The notes: generated by a model not told the origin, from the letters alone. A stretch of DNA of 64,000 bases from Acidimicrobiia bacterium (GCA_036502765.1 DASXXX010000053.1:172-64171), one strand, 5' to 3'; counted from the first letter of the stretch, positions 49,008-57,815 are shown. A program made the numbers and translations.

Positions 49008-49126
49008 CACTTGGAGCGCGCTCGTTGCATTTTCTCAGATCGCGCCGGACACGCGGACTCGATCCGTCGTATGGCACCGGAGCCGGAGTGCTCATCGGAG
49101 CGCCCCCGTCTGAGAGCGGAGATCGT

Positions 49127-50398
49127 ATGCGCATTGGACCGCAGGCCGGGATCCTGAATCGACCGCCAGAGCATCAGCTTGTTGCTGCGCTCGCCTTCGT
49201 TGGCGAGCGCTCGCGCCAGCCCTGTGTGGACACTCTCGAGGCGCTGCGAACGGTATTGCGCCGCGAGCTTCACAGCGACATTGACTCGCCCGACGCAACG
49301 ACCGACAAGGGGCAACCGTTCGTCGAAACCGGTGAACTCGGATTTCAGGACGGATTTGATCGAGGTCATCTGACCGTGACCGTGAGCTTCTCTGCATCAG
49401 CCATGGACGCTCTCGAGGTTCCGGCCGCGCTTCGGCCGCAAGATCTTGTTGCCGCACCCTGGGATGCTCTAGGCATCGCACCCGCCGTGCCTGCCGCCGG
49501 CGACGTTCTCGTCCAGATCTGCACTGACAGCCCATACGTCGCAGAACATGTGCTCCGTCGAATCGAGCACAGCCTGGACGGTCGCATGCAGGTCGTCTGG
49601 TGTGTCGCAGGCGACCAACGCTTCACGAGCCGGTCCGGCCGCGTCAATGCAGGAGAGGCTCGGGCGCTGAACGGCTTCCTCGATGGGACCGCGAACCTCG
49701 ACCCCGCGCAGAGCGACGACGACTACGCGCTTGTCTTCATCGATCCTGATGTGGTGGCTGCGTATCCATCAAACCCACCAGCGGGTCAGCAACCGCAGTC
49801 GGCGTATGGGCCCAACAACAACCCGGTGTTTCCCCCGCTGCGTGACAAGCCGACGTTCGAGCCACCTTGGACTCGTGACGGAACCTATTTGTTCGTTCAA
49901 GCAATCGTGCTCGAGGTAACCGGATGGGACAAGACATCGCTCACCGATCAGGAGCACGCGGTCGGGCGCTACAAGGTGTCAGGAACGGCGCTGGACTTGC
50001 CGGACGACCCCAGCCACCGAAACGACACGCCGGCGTACGCGGCAAATCCCAGCGACGAGACCGTGCCAGTCGACTCACATATTCGGAAGTCGAATCCTCG
50101 CGGTCCTGAAGATGCGCTCCGACGCATTTATCGCCGCGGATACCCGCTGATGATTGCGGATGGAAGCGGCGCCATGCGTCGAGGCCTGCTCTTTGAGTCC
50201 TTCTCGCGGAGCACGAGCACACAGGTCGAGTTTATTTTGCGTGCCTGGATGCTCAACCCGGATTTCCCACGGCCGAGCGCGGGCAAGGACAAGCTCATCG
50301 CCTTCTTCAGCGCGACGCTGTGTGGCGGCTACTACTTCGCACCACCGCTCGATCACTCTCGCGACCCGTCATCCTGGCGTATCCCGGCCACGACGTGA
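49127..50398 (+). CDS. Dyp-type peroxidase family protein
   Basis: Start at the internal ATG after GGAGATCGT (MRIGPQAGILN...). GFLDGTANL (GxxDG), DSHIRKSNPR (proximal His) and the RRGYP region. No Tat signal or encapsulin tag seen. Confidence 0.8.
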   Translation: MRIGPQAGILNRPPEHQLVAALAFVGERSRQPCVDTLEALRTVLRRELHSDIDSPDATTDKGQPFVETGELGFQDGFDRGHLTVTVSFSASAMDALEVPAALRPQDLVAAPWDALGIAPAVPAAGDVLVQICTDSPYVAEHVLRRIEHSLDGRMQVVWCVAGDQRFTSRSGRVNAGEARALNGFLDGTANLDPAQSDDDYALVFIDPDVVAAYPSNPPAGQQPQSAYGPNNNPVFPPLRDKPTFEPPWTRDGTYLFVQAIVLEVTGWDKTSLTDQEHAVGRYKVSGTALDLPDDPSHRNDTPAYAANPSDETVPVDSHIRKSNPRGPEDALRRIYRRGYPLMIADGSGAMRRGLLFESFSRSTSTQVEFILRAWMLNPDFPRPSAGKDKLIAFFSATLCGGYYFAPPLDHSRDPSSWRIPATT

Positions 50399-50424
50399 TG
50401 CCCTGACCGAGTAGCCGCGCTCAC

Positions 50425-50886
50425 CTACCGTCGAGGCGGTTCGCGCGGCCATCGACGCTCTACAGAAGCGCGGTACACAACGTCGACGAACGGGCCGCGC
50501 CTCCGAGCGCGTTGCACAAGGCGGTTGATGTTGCGCGCGAAGTACTCGGCCATCTGCGGCCCGGTCAGGTGCTGATTCGCGATGGCGAAGACCCGAAGTT
50601 GGCTGTTGACCAACGTCGCTTGGTTCTCGGGGTCCCGGTAGATGCGCTCGTCCTTCGTCAAGGCAACCCAGCCCGCGGCATCGGCGTCGGCGATCCACCG
50701 AGTGTCGGCGACTCGCTGGTCCTCGCCTCCCGGATAGACGTCCACCATCGTGTGCACGGTCAGTCCGAGCTGTCGCAGAGCCTCGGGCACGACGTGGCGT
50801 CCGAGGCTGCGATCGACGAAGAACTCAGGCTGCTGCTCGACTCGGCGCGGCAAGGGCAGCGTGTACGTCGTCGAGCGGGACGCCAT
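50425..50886 (-). CDS. PIN-like toxin (DUF5615 / Mut7-C, VapC45-like), tentative
   Basis: EFFVDRSLGRHVVPEALRQLGLTVHTM...WVALTKDERI resembles DUF5615/Mut7-C PIN-like domains that pair with DUF433 antitoxins. Start uncertain (50886 or 50904). Overlaps the upstream gene by about 60 nt. Confidence 0.6.
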   Translation of the reverse strand: MASRSTTYTLPLPRRVEQQPEFFVDRSLGRHVVPEALRQLGLTVHTMVDVYPGGEDQRVADTRWIADADAAGWVALTKDERIYRDPENQATLVNSQLRVFAIANQHLTGPQMAEYFARNINRLVQRARRRGPFVDVVYRASVERRWPREPPRR

Positions 50887-51619
50887 AATCCTCGGCCACC
50901 TCAAGCTCGTCCTCGCCCGCTTCGATGCGGCCGATCACATCGGCAAGCCTGGCCGCGCCATGGATGAAGATCGGCTGACCAAACGCGCGCTCCGGATCAG
51001 CGACGAGGATCGACTCTTCGGTGATTGGAAGAGCGAGTCGAATCGCCCAGCCGCCGTCGTACTCGATCCGCTTGAGGTACTGGTCGATCACATCGTGGAA
51101 CACGCGCTGGCCCGACCGAACGACAGTCAGAAGGCCAAGCTGTTTGTCTCGCTGTGACTTGGCGTAGTCGAAGAGCAGCTCCGCACCATCGGTGTACAGG
51201 TGACGGGACGCCAGCGCGTGCTCCAGACCCATCTCCTGGTCAAGTCGCTCGAGTGCCGGCCTAATCCGTTGCAGCGGGAGGCCGGTCTCGCGGAACGCGG
51301 CGAGGACCATGCCCTCCGCCAAGCCGACGAAGGGTATCGTCAGCCGTCCGCCCGGCACGCTCGTAAGCAGCGCCTCGCCTGCAACCGGTTTGCGCCCAGC
51401 CGGCCGACGAACATAGCCCCGCACCCACGTGTCGAACGTCGACCTCGGCACTCCGAGGTACGAGGCGGCCTCGGTCACCGTGTACAGCGGCCGGGTAAAA
51501 CGCGGGTCGGTGGTGTTCAGCGGAGCAGCCCTTCTCAAAGTCGAGACGGCCAAACCGTACCGCCGAGGTATGACGCGGACGCGGAGGAACGGCACCGATC
51601 GCGCGTGGGCTGCAACCAT
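50825..51619 (-). CDS. HTH + DUF433 antitoxin-like protein (VapB45-like), tentative
   Basis: RPLYTVTEAASYLGVPRSTFDTWVRGY (MerR-like HTH), with C-terminal GQPIFIHGAARLADVIGRIEAGEDELEVAEDYGVPLDDVHAAL (DUF433-like). Start uncertain: ATG at 51619, or TTG at 51538. Confidence 0.6.
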   Translation of the reverse strand: MVAAHARSVPFLRVRVIPRRYGLAVSTLRRAAPLNTTDPRFTRPLYTVTEAASYLGVPRSTFDTWVRGYVRRPAGRKPVAGEALLTSVPGGRLTIPFVGLAEGMVLAAFRETGLPLQRIRPALERLDQEMGLEHALASRHLYTDGAELLFDYAKSQRDKQLGLLTVVRSGQRVFHDVIDQYLKRIEYDGGWAIRLALPITEESILVADPERAFGQPIFIHGAARLADVIGRIEAGEDELEVAEDYGVPLDDVHAALAAPSRAAA

Positions 51620-51639
51620 TTGGGTTGCAAAATGGTTGC
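51611..51639. repeat. subterminal 29-bp box TGCAACCATTTGGGTTGCAAAATGGTTGC (right copy)
   Basis: Identical to 31913..31941. Lies about 60 bp inside the right att repeat. Confidence 0.8.
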
Positions 51640-51654
51640 GAGGCCCGGATGCAG

Positions 51655-51685
51655 AGAGGCCCTGAGCTCGTCGCTCAGGGCCTCT
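51655..51685. terminator. 13-bp-stem hairpin AGAGGCCCTGAGC-TCGTC-GCTCAGGGCCTCT downstream of tRNA-Met
   Basis: Perfect inverted repeat 16 nt beyond the tRNA 3' end, on element-derived DNA. No U-tract, so the terminator role is inferred. Confidence 0.4.
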
Positions 51686-51700
51686 GACCTGCATCTTCGA

Positions 51701-51777
<77 letters not shown>

Positions 51778-52254
51778 GCGGACCAATGAGGGTAGCCGAC
51801 GCACCCCCTCACCTCCCAGGCCGCGCGAAGGGTTTGGTCCCCGTGGGGTTCGGGCACGTCGGGCAGGCTGGCTCCCCCCAGCCACCCCGCGGCATGTGAC
51901 TCGCGCCCGACTTCTGCACCCTGTCATGGCGCGATCGACCCGTGACCGACGCCGACCGGCGCGGGTGGGGCTACACGCCGCAGGAGCGCGGCCTCTACCG
52001 CCCGCGCGGTGCTCGCGATCTTCCCGTACACCTCGCCAATCGTGATGCCGGTACCGCGCTCGGCGACGCGTCGGCGGGCGAGATCGTCGCGTCGTTCGTG
52101 GTCGGCATCGTGACCGTCCTGTTCGTGCTCCGTCTCGGCGCCGCGGTGTATCGCCGGGGCATCGTGCGCACCGGCCGTCGGCTCCGCCTCGGCGAGGTGC
52201 TGCGCACGTCGTGAGGCCGACGGACGCGCGTGGCGCGCCGCCTACGGTGGCGCG

Positions 52255-53082
52255 ATGACGTCCCGCCCCCGTGAGCACCAACTCCCCACTGCCGACGACG
52301 GCACCGCCGCGTCGTCCGCGCCCACCGCACCTCCGGCGCGGGAGCCGAGCCACGCGGAACGCTGCCGCACGTTGCTGACGGGCGAGACCCGGGGCGCGCT
52401 CTCGACGCTCGCCGCCGATCCCGCCGGCTACCCGTACGGTTCGGTCGTCAGCTTCGGGCTCGCCGACGACGGCGACCCGCTCTTCTTCGTGAGCACGATG
52501 GCCGAGCACACGCAGAATGCCCTCCGCGATCCGCGCGCCAGCCTCCTCGTGACCGAGCCGGTGCCCGAGGAGGCCGATCCCCTCGCCAGCGGACGGGTCA
52601 CGCTCCTCGGTCTGCTCACGCCGGTCGGTGACGACGATCGCGACATCGCGCGCGAGCGGTACCTCGCCGCGAATCCCGCGGCGTCGTACTACATCGACTT
52701 CGGCGACTTCACGTTCCTGCGCCTCGACGTCGGTCATATCCGCTACGTCGGTGGGTACGGCCGCATGAGCTGGGTCGATGCGGCCGGCTACGCGGCGGCG
52801 GAGCCCGATCCGCTGGTCGGCGCGGCCGCCGGGATCATCGAGCACATGAACGCCGACCACGCCGACGCGCAGGTGCTGTTCTGTCGCCACTTCGCCGGGC
52901 TCGCCGACACCACTGAGGCCTCGATGTCGGCGGTCGACCGTTACGGCTTCGACCTGGTCGCGGTCAGCTCGGACCACCGCACACCGGTACGCCTCGCGTT
53001 CGCCGATGAGTGCGTCACGGGCGACGAGGTGCGCAAAGCGATGGTTGCGATGGTCGCGGAAGCGCGCTCGGTCACCGGCTGA
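52255..53082 (+). CDS. HugZ-like heme-utilisation / pyridoxamine 5'-phosphate oxidase-related protein with DUF2470
   Basis: 275 aa. YPYGSVVSFGLADDGDPLFFVSTMAEHTQN (PNPOx-like split barrel) and a C-terminal IIEHMNADHADA (DUF2470). Confidence 0.7.
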   Translation: MTSRPREHQLPTADDGTAASSAPTAPPAREPSHAERCRTLLTGETRGALSTLAADPAGYPYGSVVSFGLADDGDPLFFVSTMAEHTQNALRDPRASLLVTEPVPEEADPLASGRVTLLGLLTPVGDDDRDIARERYLAANPAASYYIDFGDFTFLRLDVGHIRYVGGYGRMSWVDAAGYAAAEPDPLVGAAAGIIEHMNADHADAQVLFCRHFAGLADTTEASMSAVDRYGFDLVAVSSDHRTPVRLAFADECVTGDEVRKAMVAMVAEARSVTG

Positions 53083-53093
53083 CCGCCAGAAGA

Positions 53094-53489
53094 TCAGGCG
53101 TCGATAGGGACGCCGATCACCTCGGCGATGCGGACGACGTCACCATCAACGGTGAGGAGAGTCGCGTCGTGGCGCGCCGCAACCGAAGCGATCATGCAAT
53201 CGACGAACCCGCGCGGCGTGACGCCGACGCGACGGCACGACCGGTAGATACGCGTCGCAGCGTCGAAGTCGATCACCGGGTCGAAGCGAAGCAACGGAAA
53301 GCGGCTGAGGAATCGTCGCAGTTCCATTTCACGACGGTCGGTGCGTGCCCCGGCGGCAACCTCCATCACCACCGGTTCGGTCACCGTCAGCGGCCCGTCG
53401 CTCACAATCAGGTCGGAGACGCGCCTGTCGGTTGCGCTCCCGGTCGCCCGCAGGTACTCCACCCACGCTGAAGTGTCGGCGAGGATCAC
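53094..53489 (-). CDS. vapC: type II toxin VapC (PIN domain ribonuclease)
   Basis: 131 aa. MILADTSAWVEYL...EPVVMEV...DCMIASVA carries the PIN acidic residues. The ATGA overlap with the upstream antitoxin supports the start. Confidence 0.85.
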   Translation of the reverse strand: MILADTSAWVEYLRATGSATDRRVSDLIVSDGPLTVTEPVVMEVAAGARTDRREMELRRFLSRFPLLRFDPVIDFDAATRIYRSCRRVGVTPRGFVDCMIASVAARHDATLLTVDGDVVRIAEVIGVPIDA

Positions 53490-53698
53490 AAGAGTTCGAC
53501 TCGGGCGACGTCATCAGGAAGCTCATCAATCGCGCCGCTCCCGCGCATCGCCAGAGCCTCGGCCTTCGTCATCGGCTGTCCGGCCAGATGGCGAAGCGCC
53601 AAGTCGACGGCCTCGGTCTTGGTGTGGACGCCGAAGCGATCCATGATCGCCTTCACATACAGGTCTTCGACCTCGATGTTCGTGCGGACGCGCGCCAT
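53486..53698 (-). CDS. vapB: type II antitoxin VapB
   Basis: Internal Met of ORF 53486..53827. MARVRTNIEVEDLYVKAIMDRFGVHTKTEAVDLALRHL matches the VapB_antitoxin (Rv0623-like) pattern. Confidence 0.8.
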   Translation of the reverse strand: MARVRTNIEVEDLYVKAIMDRFGVHTKTEAVDLALRHLAGQPMTKAEALAMRGSGAIDELPDDVARVELL

Positions 53699-53739
53699 AC
53701 ACCAATCGTACACGTGACGTGTAGATGACGTGTACCGCC

Positions 53740-54249
53740 TCACCGCTGCCGGCGCCGCGCCCGGCGAGGCTCGAACGGAGCGACACCCACACGACTCTCC
53801 GGACGGGACAGATCGGGCTGCTCGCACCGACCGCAGGTGCAGATCACCCCGGTGGGCAGGATCAGCTGGAGCGCACGGAGTTCTTCGTCCCGCACGGCGC
53901 CGCGGTCGGCGAGGGCGAACCAGACGTTGAAGGTGTCGAGCCGATGCTGGATCGGATGCACCGCTCCGAATCGGAGCGTCGTGTCGCAGTCGAACAGCTC
54001 GCCTGCCGGGGACACCTCCGTGTCGCCGACCTCGAACCGAGCACCGTCTCGGATGCGGCGACCGATCTGGTTGATGATCGCGCCCGCGATCTCGAAGTGC
54101 GGCCCGGCAACGATCAGTTCGGGATGATCGAACCGCTCGAGCAGCCCGACGGTGTACCCCCAGTGCGGAGGCTTGCCGGATCCGACGCCGGTGACGAGGT
54201 AGCCGTGTCTCTCGATGATCGCCGCATCATCGGCGAGCATCGCTTCCAT
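53740..54249 (-). CDS. DUF4262-domain protein
   Basis: IIERHGYLVTGVGSGKPPHWGYTVGLLERFDHPELIVAG is the DUF4262 signature. Start placed at MEAML (alternative 54288). Confidence 0.65.
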   Translation of the reverse strand: MEAMLADDAAIIERHGYLVTGVGSGKPPHWGYTVGLLERFDHPELIVAGPHFEIAGAIINQIGRRIRDGARFEVGDTEVSPAGELFDCDTTLRFGAVHPIQHRLDTFNVWFALADRGAVRDEELRALQLILPTGVICTCGRCEQPDLSRPESRVGVAPFEPRRARRRQR

Positions 54250-54286
54250 GTCGAAACCCTCACAGAGTCTGCACATGCCACAAACC

Positions 54287-56497
54287 ATGACGGAGGGGTG
54301 TGACAGTCTTCGGCCGGTGACCCGGTACCCTCGCCCGACTCTGGCTCACCAACCTCGTCACCGGCTCGGCTTCGTCTTCACTGCGATCCTCGTCGCGGCT
54401 GGCGTCGCGGTGTTCGTCGGGCTGCGCGCCACGGTCCGCGACCTCGACACGTCGCTCGACCACTTCTACGCCGAGACCCAGTTCGCCGACCTCACGGTCG
54501 TCGGCGGTGACACCGACGCCATCCTCCGGACGTTCACCAGCGTCGACGGCGTCGCCACGGCCACCACGCGCGGTACGACCACGCTCTCGGTCTTCCTCCA
54601 GAACGGGAAGACCAAGGTGCAGGGCACCGTCATCGGCGTGCCCGCACACGGACCCACCATCAACGACCTGTCGATCACCGCGGGTCGCGACTTCGCGCGC
54701 GACACGTCGCGCTCCGTTGCGGTCGTCGAGCAGCACACGGCCGACGACCTGGGCGTGAAGCCGGGTCAGACCGTGCAGGCACTCGGCCTCGGCACCCCGG
54801 CCGAGGTCGACGTGGTCGGCGTCGGCCTCTCCCCCGAGTACCTGCTCCCCGCGCAGAGCCAGCAACAGGTGGTCACGACGCCGGGGAGCTTCGCGGTGTT
54901 GTTCGTGCCGCAGTCGGTCGTCGAGTCCCTCGGCGGCGAGGCCACGGTGTCGCAGGTGCTCGTGCGCTACGAGGCGGGCGTCGAGCGCGACGCGCTCGAC
55001 CGCCGACTCACGACGCTCGCCACCAACAACGGCGCGCAGCTCGTGCAACCGCGAGTGACCCAACCGTCGAACGGCGTGATCCAGGAGGAGCTCACCGGGT
55101 TCCGCGAGGCGAGCATCGTGGTGCCGGCGATCGCGTTGATCGTCGCCGCGTTGGTGGGCGCGCTCGCGTGCGCGCGAGTCGAGGAAGTGCGCCGCCGTCG
55201 GCGCATGCTGGCGATCACCATCGTCGCCGCCGGGGTCGTCGGCGTGGCGATCGGCCTCGCCGGCGCCGCGATCGGCGGTCCCGAACTCGCCGAGTCGGTG
55301 TACCTCCCCGAACACGTGGGTGCGAACAACCTCGGGGTCGCGCTGCTCGGCCTGCTGCTCGCGGCGATCGTCGGCGCGATCGCGCTCGGCATCGGTCGAC
55401 TGCTGCGGGTGGGACGCGACGACACGCTCGGCGCCGGCCCCGCCGTCGTCACTGCGATCGCGGCCGCGGCCGCGGTGATCTGCGTGGTCGCACCGGGCGG
55501 GATGGTCGACTCGGCCGAGGCGACGCTCGATGCTGCGGCGCGCCTCGAGCAGGTGAGCGCACAGGTGGCGTTCGCGGCGCCGGTGAACGCCAAGCTCCTC
55601 GGCGAGCTGCAGGCGATCGACGGCATCGCCGTGGCGGAACCGGTGCCGTCGGCCAACGTGTTCGTGCGCCATGGCCCCCGGCGCTACTCCACGTCGCTGG
55701 AGGCCTTCCCCCGCGACACGGAGCTGCAGCAGTTCGAAGCACCCGACGGCTCGCGGCTCGCGCTCCCCGCGACCGGCGCGCTGATCCCGCAGTCGCTCGG
55801 CAAGATCCTCGGCGCCGGGGTGGGCGACGAGCTCGAGATCACGTTGCCCGGCGCAGGGGTGCCACCGTTCCCGGTGAAGGTCGCGGCGTTGACTTCGAAC
55901 ACGCTCGGCAACCTCGTGTTCCTCAGCAACAACGCGCTGCGCGAGTCGATGGGTCAGTACTCCACCGCGTTCGCGGGCGGCTTGTTCGACACCGCGTCGG
56001 TGCAGTTCGCACCGGGCGCCGACCCCGCCGAGGTCGCCGCCGCGGTGCAGGCCGCTCCCGGCGTCGTCGTCTTCGTCCCCGTGGCCGCCAACCTCGACAC
56101 CGTCGACCAGGCCCGCCCGATCTTCAAGGCGGTGATCCAGGCGCTGCTCGCCATCGCCGCCGTCGTGACCGTGCTCGGTCTGGCCAGCGCGGTCGTGCTG
56201 CTCACGCGGACACGTGCCCGCAAGGGAGGGTGGCGGGTGACGGGCGAGGTGTTCGCCGCGGTCGTCGCCGGCATCGTGGTCGGCGCGTTGCTGGGCACCT
56301 ACGCGGCTGATCGACTCGTCGACGCGCTCGACACGCCGTTGATCCATCTGACCCGCCACGTCGACGCGTCGACGTACGTCTGGGCCGCGGCGATGGTGCT
56401 GGTGGTGAGCGCGTTGACGCTGACGGTCAGCTGGTGGACGCGTCGACGGACACCGGCCGAGGTGCCGGTCGGAGTGCCCGTCGCAGCCCTTCCGTGA
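54287..56497 (+). CDS. FtsX-like/ABC-type permease-family membrane protein, tentative
   Basis: About 736 aa. An N-terminal TM helix followed by a large extracytoplasmic domain (VVEQHTADDLGVKPGQTV..., MacB/FtsX-like), then several Ala/Val-rich TM clusters in two blocks. Start uncertain. No cognate ATPase gene adjacent. Confidence 0.55.
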   Translation: MTEGCDSLRPVTRYPRPTLAHQPRHRLGFVFTAILVAAGVAVFVGLRATVRDLDTSLDHFYAETQFADLTVVGGDTDAILRTFTSVDGVATATTRGTTTLSVFLQNGKTKVQGTVIGVPAHGPTINDLSITAGRDFARDTSRSVAVVEQHTADDLGVKPGQTVQALGLGTPAEVDVVGVGLSPEYLLPAQSQQQVVTTPGSFAVLFVPQSVVESLGGEATVSQVLVRYEAGVERDALDRRLTTLATNNGAQLVQPRVTQPSNGVIQEELTGFREASIVVPAIALIVAALVGALACARVEEVRRRRRMLAITIVAAGVVGVAIGLAGAAIGGPELAESVYLPEHVGANNLGVALLGLLLAAIVGAIALGIGRLLRVGRDDTLGAGPAVVTAIAAAAAVICVVAPGGMVDSAEATLDAAARLEQVSAQVAFAAPVNAKLLGELQAIDGIAVAEPVPSANVFVRHGPRRYSTSLEAFPRDTELQQFEAPDGSRLALPATGALIPQSLGKILGAGVGDELEITLPGAGVPPFPVKVAALTSNTLGNLVFLSNNALRESMGQYSTAFAGGLFDTASVQFAPGADPAEVAAAVQAAPGVVVFVPVAANLDTVDQARPIFKAVIQALLAIAAVVTVLGLASAVVLLTRTRARKGGWRVTGEVFAAVVAGIVVGALLGTYAADRLVDALDTPLIHLTRHVDASTYVWAAAMVLVVSALTLTVSWWTRRRTPAEVPVGVPVAALP

Positions 56498-57425
56498 TGT
56501 CACGCTGACACGCCTGCGCGATGCCGGCGGTCGGCACGATCATCTCGAAGCCGTGCACCGCGCCCGGGTACACGTGCAGTTCGGTGGGGATGCCCGCGGC
56601 GAGCAGGCGCGACGCGTACGTGATGTCCTCGTCGCGGAACACGTCGAGCGTGCCGACGCCGATCCAAGCCGGTGGGAGTCCGGCGACGTCGTCCACGCGC
56701 GCGGGTGCCGCGTACGCGGGGATGTCGTCGGTGCCGGCGAGATCGCCGAGGTAGGCCCGCCATCCGAGATCGTTGGCCGCACGGCTCCACACCGGCGCAC
56801 CCTCGATCTGGCTCGACGCGCTCGTGTTGCTGTCGTCGATCATCGGGTAGATCAGCAGCTGGAACGCGAGGGACACCTCACCGCGGTCGCGGGCGAGGAT
56901 CGCAAGGCCCGCGGCGAGGCCGGCACCGGCGCTCGCGCCGGCAACCACGATGCGGTTCGGATCGACGCCGAGCTCGTCGGCGTGCTGCGCGATCCACAGC
57001 AGCCCCGCGTAGCAGTCGTCGAGTGGCGCGGGATACGGATCCTCGGGCGCGAGGCGGTATTCGATCGACACCGCGACGCAGTCGAACTCTTCCACCCAGC
57101 GGTTGATGCGGGCGTCGACGTTGAGACCGGAGCCGAACATGTAGCCGCCGCCGTGGATCCAGTAGATGCACGGACGGCCCGCGGCCTTCGTCGGCGGTGA
57201 GTAGACCCGCACCGTCGGATCGAACCCGGTCGCGCCGGGCACGACGACCTCGTGCGACTCGGTGGTCGTTGCCGGCAGCTCGACCGGAGGCATGTTCGCC
57301 ATGGCCTCGCGCATCGCCGGCATCGCCTCGAAGGTGAAGGTACCGAAGTCGATCGCGCCCATCGGCGACTCGGCGAGCGCGGCGGCGATCTCCGCGTCGA
57401 TGGTGGCGGCGACATCCATGGTCAT
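56427..57425 (-). CDS. alpha/beta hydrolase fold-3 esterase/lipase (HSL family)
   Basis: Internal Met (codon 92 of ORF 56427..57698). HGGG box IYWIHGGGYMFGS and nucleophile elbow GASAGAG. ATGA overlap with the upstream gene. Confidence 0.85.
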   Translation of the reverse strand: MTMDVAATIDAEIAAALAESPMGAIDFGTFTFEAMPAMREAMANMPPVELPATTTESHEVVVPGATGFDPTVRVYSPPTKAAGRPCIYWIHGGGYMFGSGLNVDARINRWVEEFDCVAVSIEYRLAPEDPYPAPLDDCYAGLLWIAQHADELGVDPNRIVVAGASAGAGLAAGLAILARDRGEVSLAFQLLIYPMIDDSNTSASSQIEGAPVWSRAANDLGWRAYLGDLAGTDDIPAYAAPARVDDVAGLPPAWIGVGTLDVFRDEDITYASRLLAAGIPTELHVYPGAVHGFEMIVPTAGIAQACQRDITEGLRRALRPAPRPVSVDASTS

Positions 57426-57796
57426 GACAGCTGTGCTCCGACGGTCGGGTCGACGTACTCCTCGATGCGGTCGATGAGGCCGTCGGCGGTCGTCAACACG
57501 ATCAGGCAGTTCTGCATCTCGAACGGGTTGCCGCTGGCGCGGATCTTGCCCCGGGTGACGAACTGCAACATGAACCCACCGTCGATCGGGGCGAGGCGCA
57601 CGTGCTCGTTCTCGAGCTCGTCGATCAACTGGCCGAGCATCGCGATCGCAGCCATGTTCTCGCGGGCATCGACGTCCGTGCGGTCGTAGTTGTGCCACAC
57701 GACCGCGCCGGGTGCGAGCGCGGCGACGAAGGCGTCGCCGTCCTTCCCCGTGATCGCGGCGTCGAACGCGGCGACGAGCTCGTCGGTGCTCGGCAT
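57422..57796 (-). CDS. SnoaL/NTF2-like (ketosteroid isomerase-like) protein
   Basis: Last 124 codons of ORF 57422..58339 (MPSTDELVAAFDAAITGKDGDAFVAALAPGAVVWHN...). The upstream part of that ORF is Ser/Arg-rich shadow frame. Confidence 0.65.
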   Translation of the reverse strand: MPSTDELVAAFDAAITGKDGDAFVAALAPGAVVWHNYDRTDVDARENMAAIAMLGQLIDELENEHVRLAPIDGGFMLQFVTRGKIRASGNPFEMQNCLIVLTTADGLIDRIEEYVDPTVGAQLS

Positions 57797-57815
57797 GGAT
57801 ACCCCCGGTGGACGG

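Noticed and set aside
54260-56503. 747-aa minus-strand ORF opposite the FtsX-like permease call
   Set aside because: It is Arg/Asp/His/Gly-rich with no hydrophobic or catalytic pattern. The plus-strand frame gives coherent TM helices. The choice is compositional only and is flagged as checkable.
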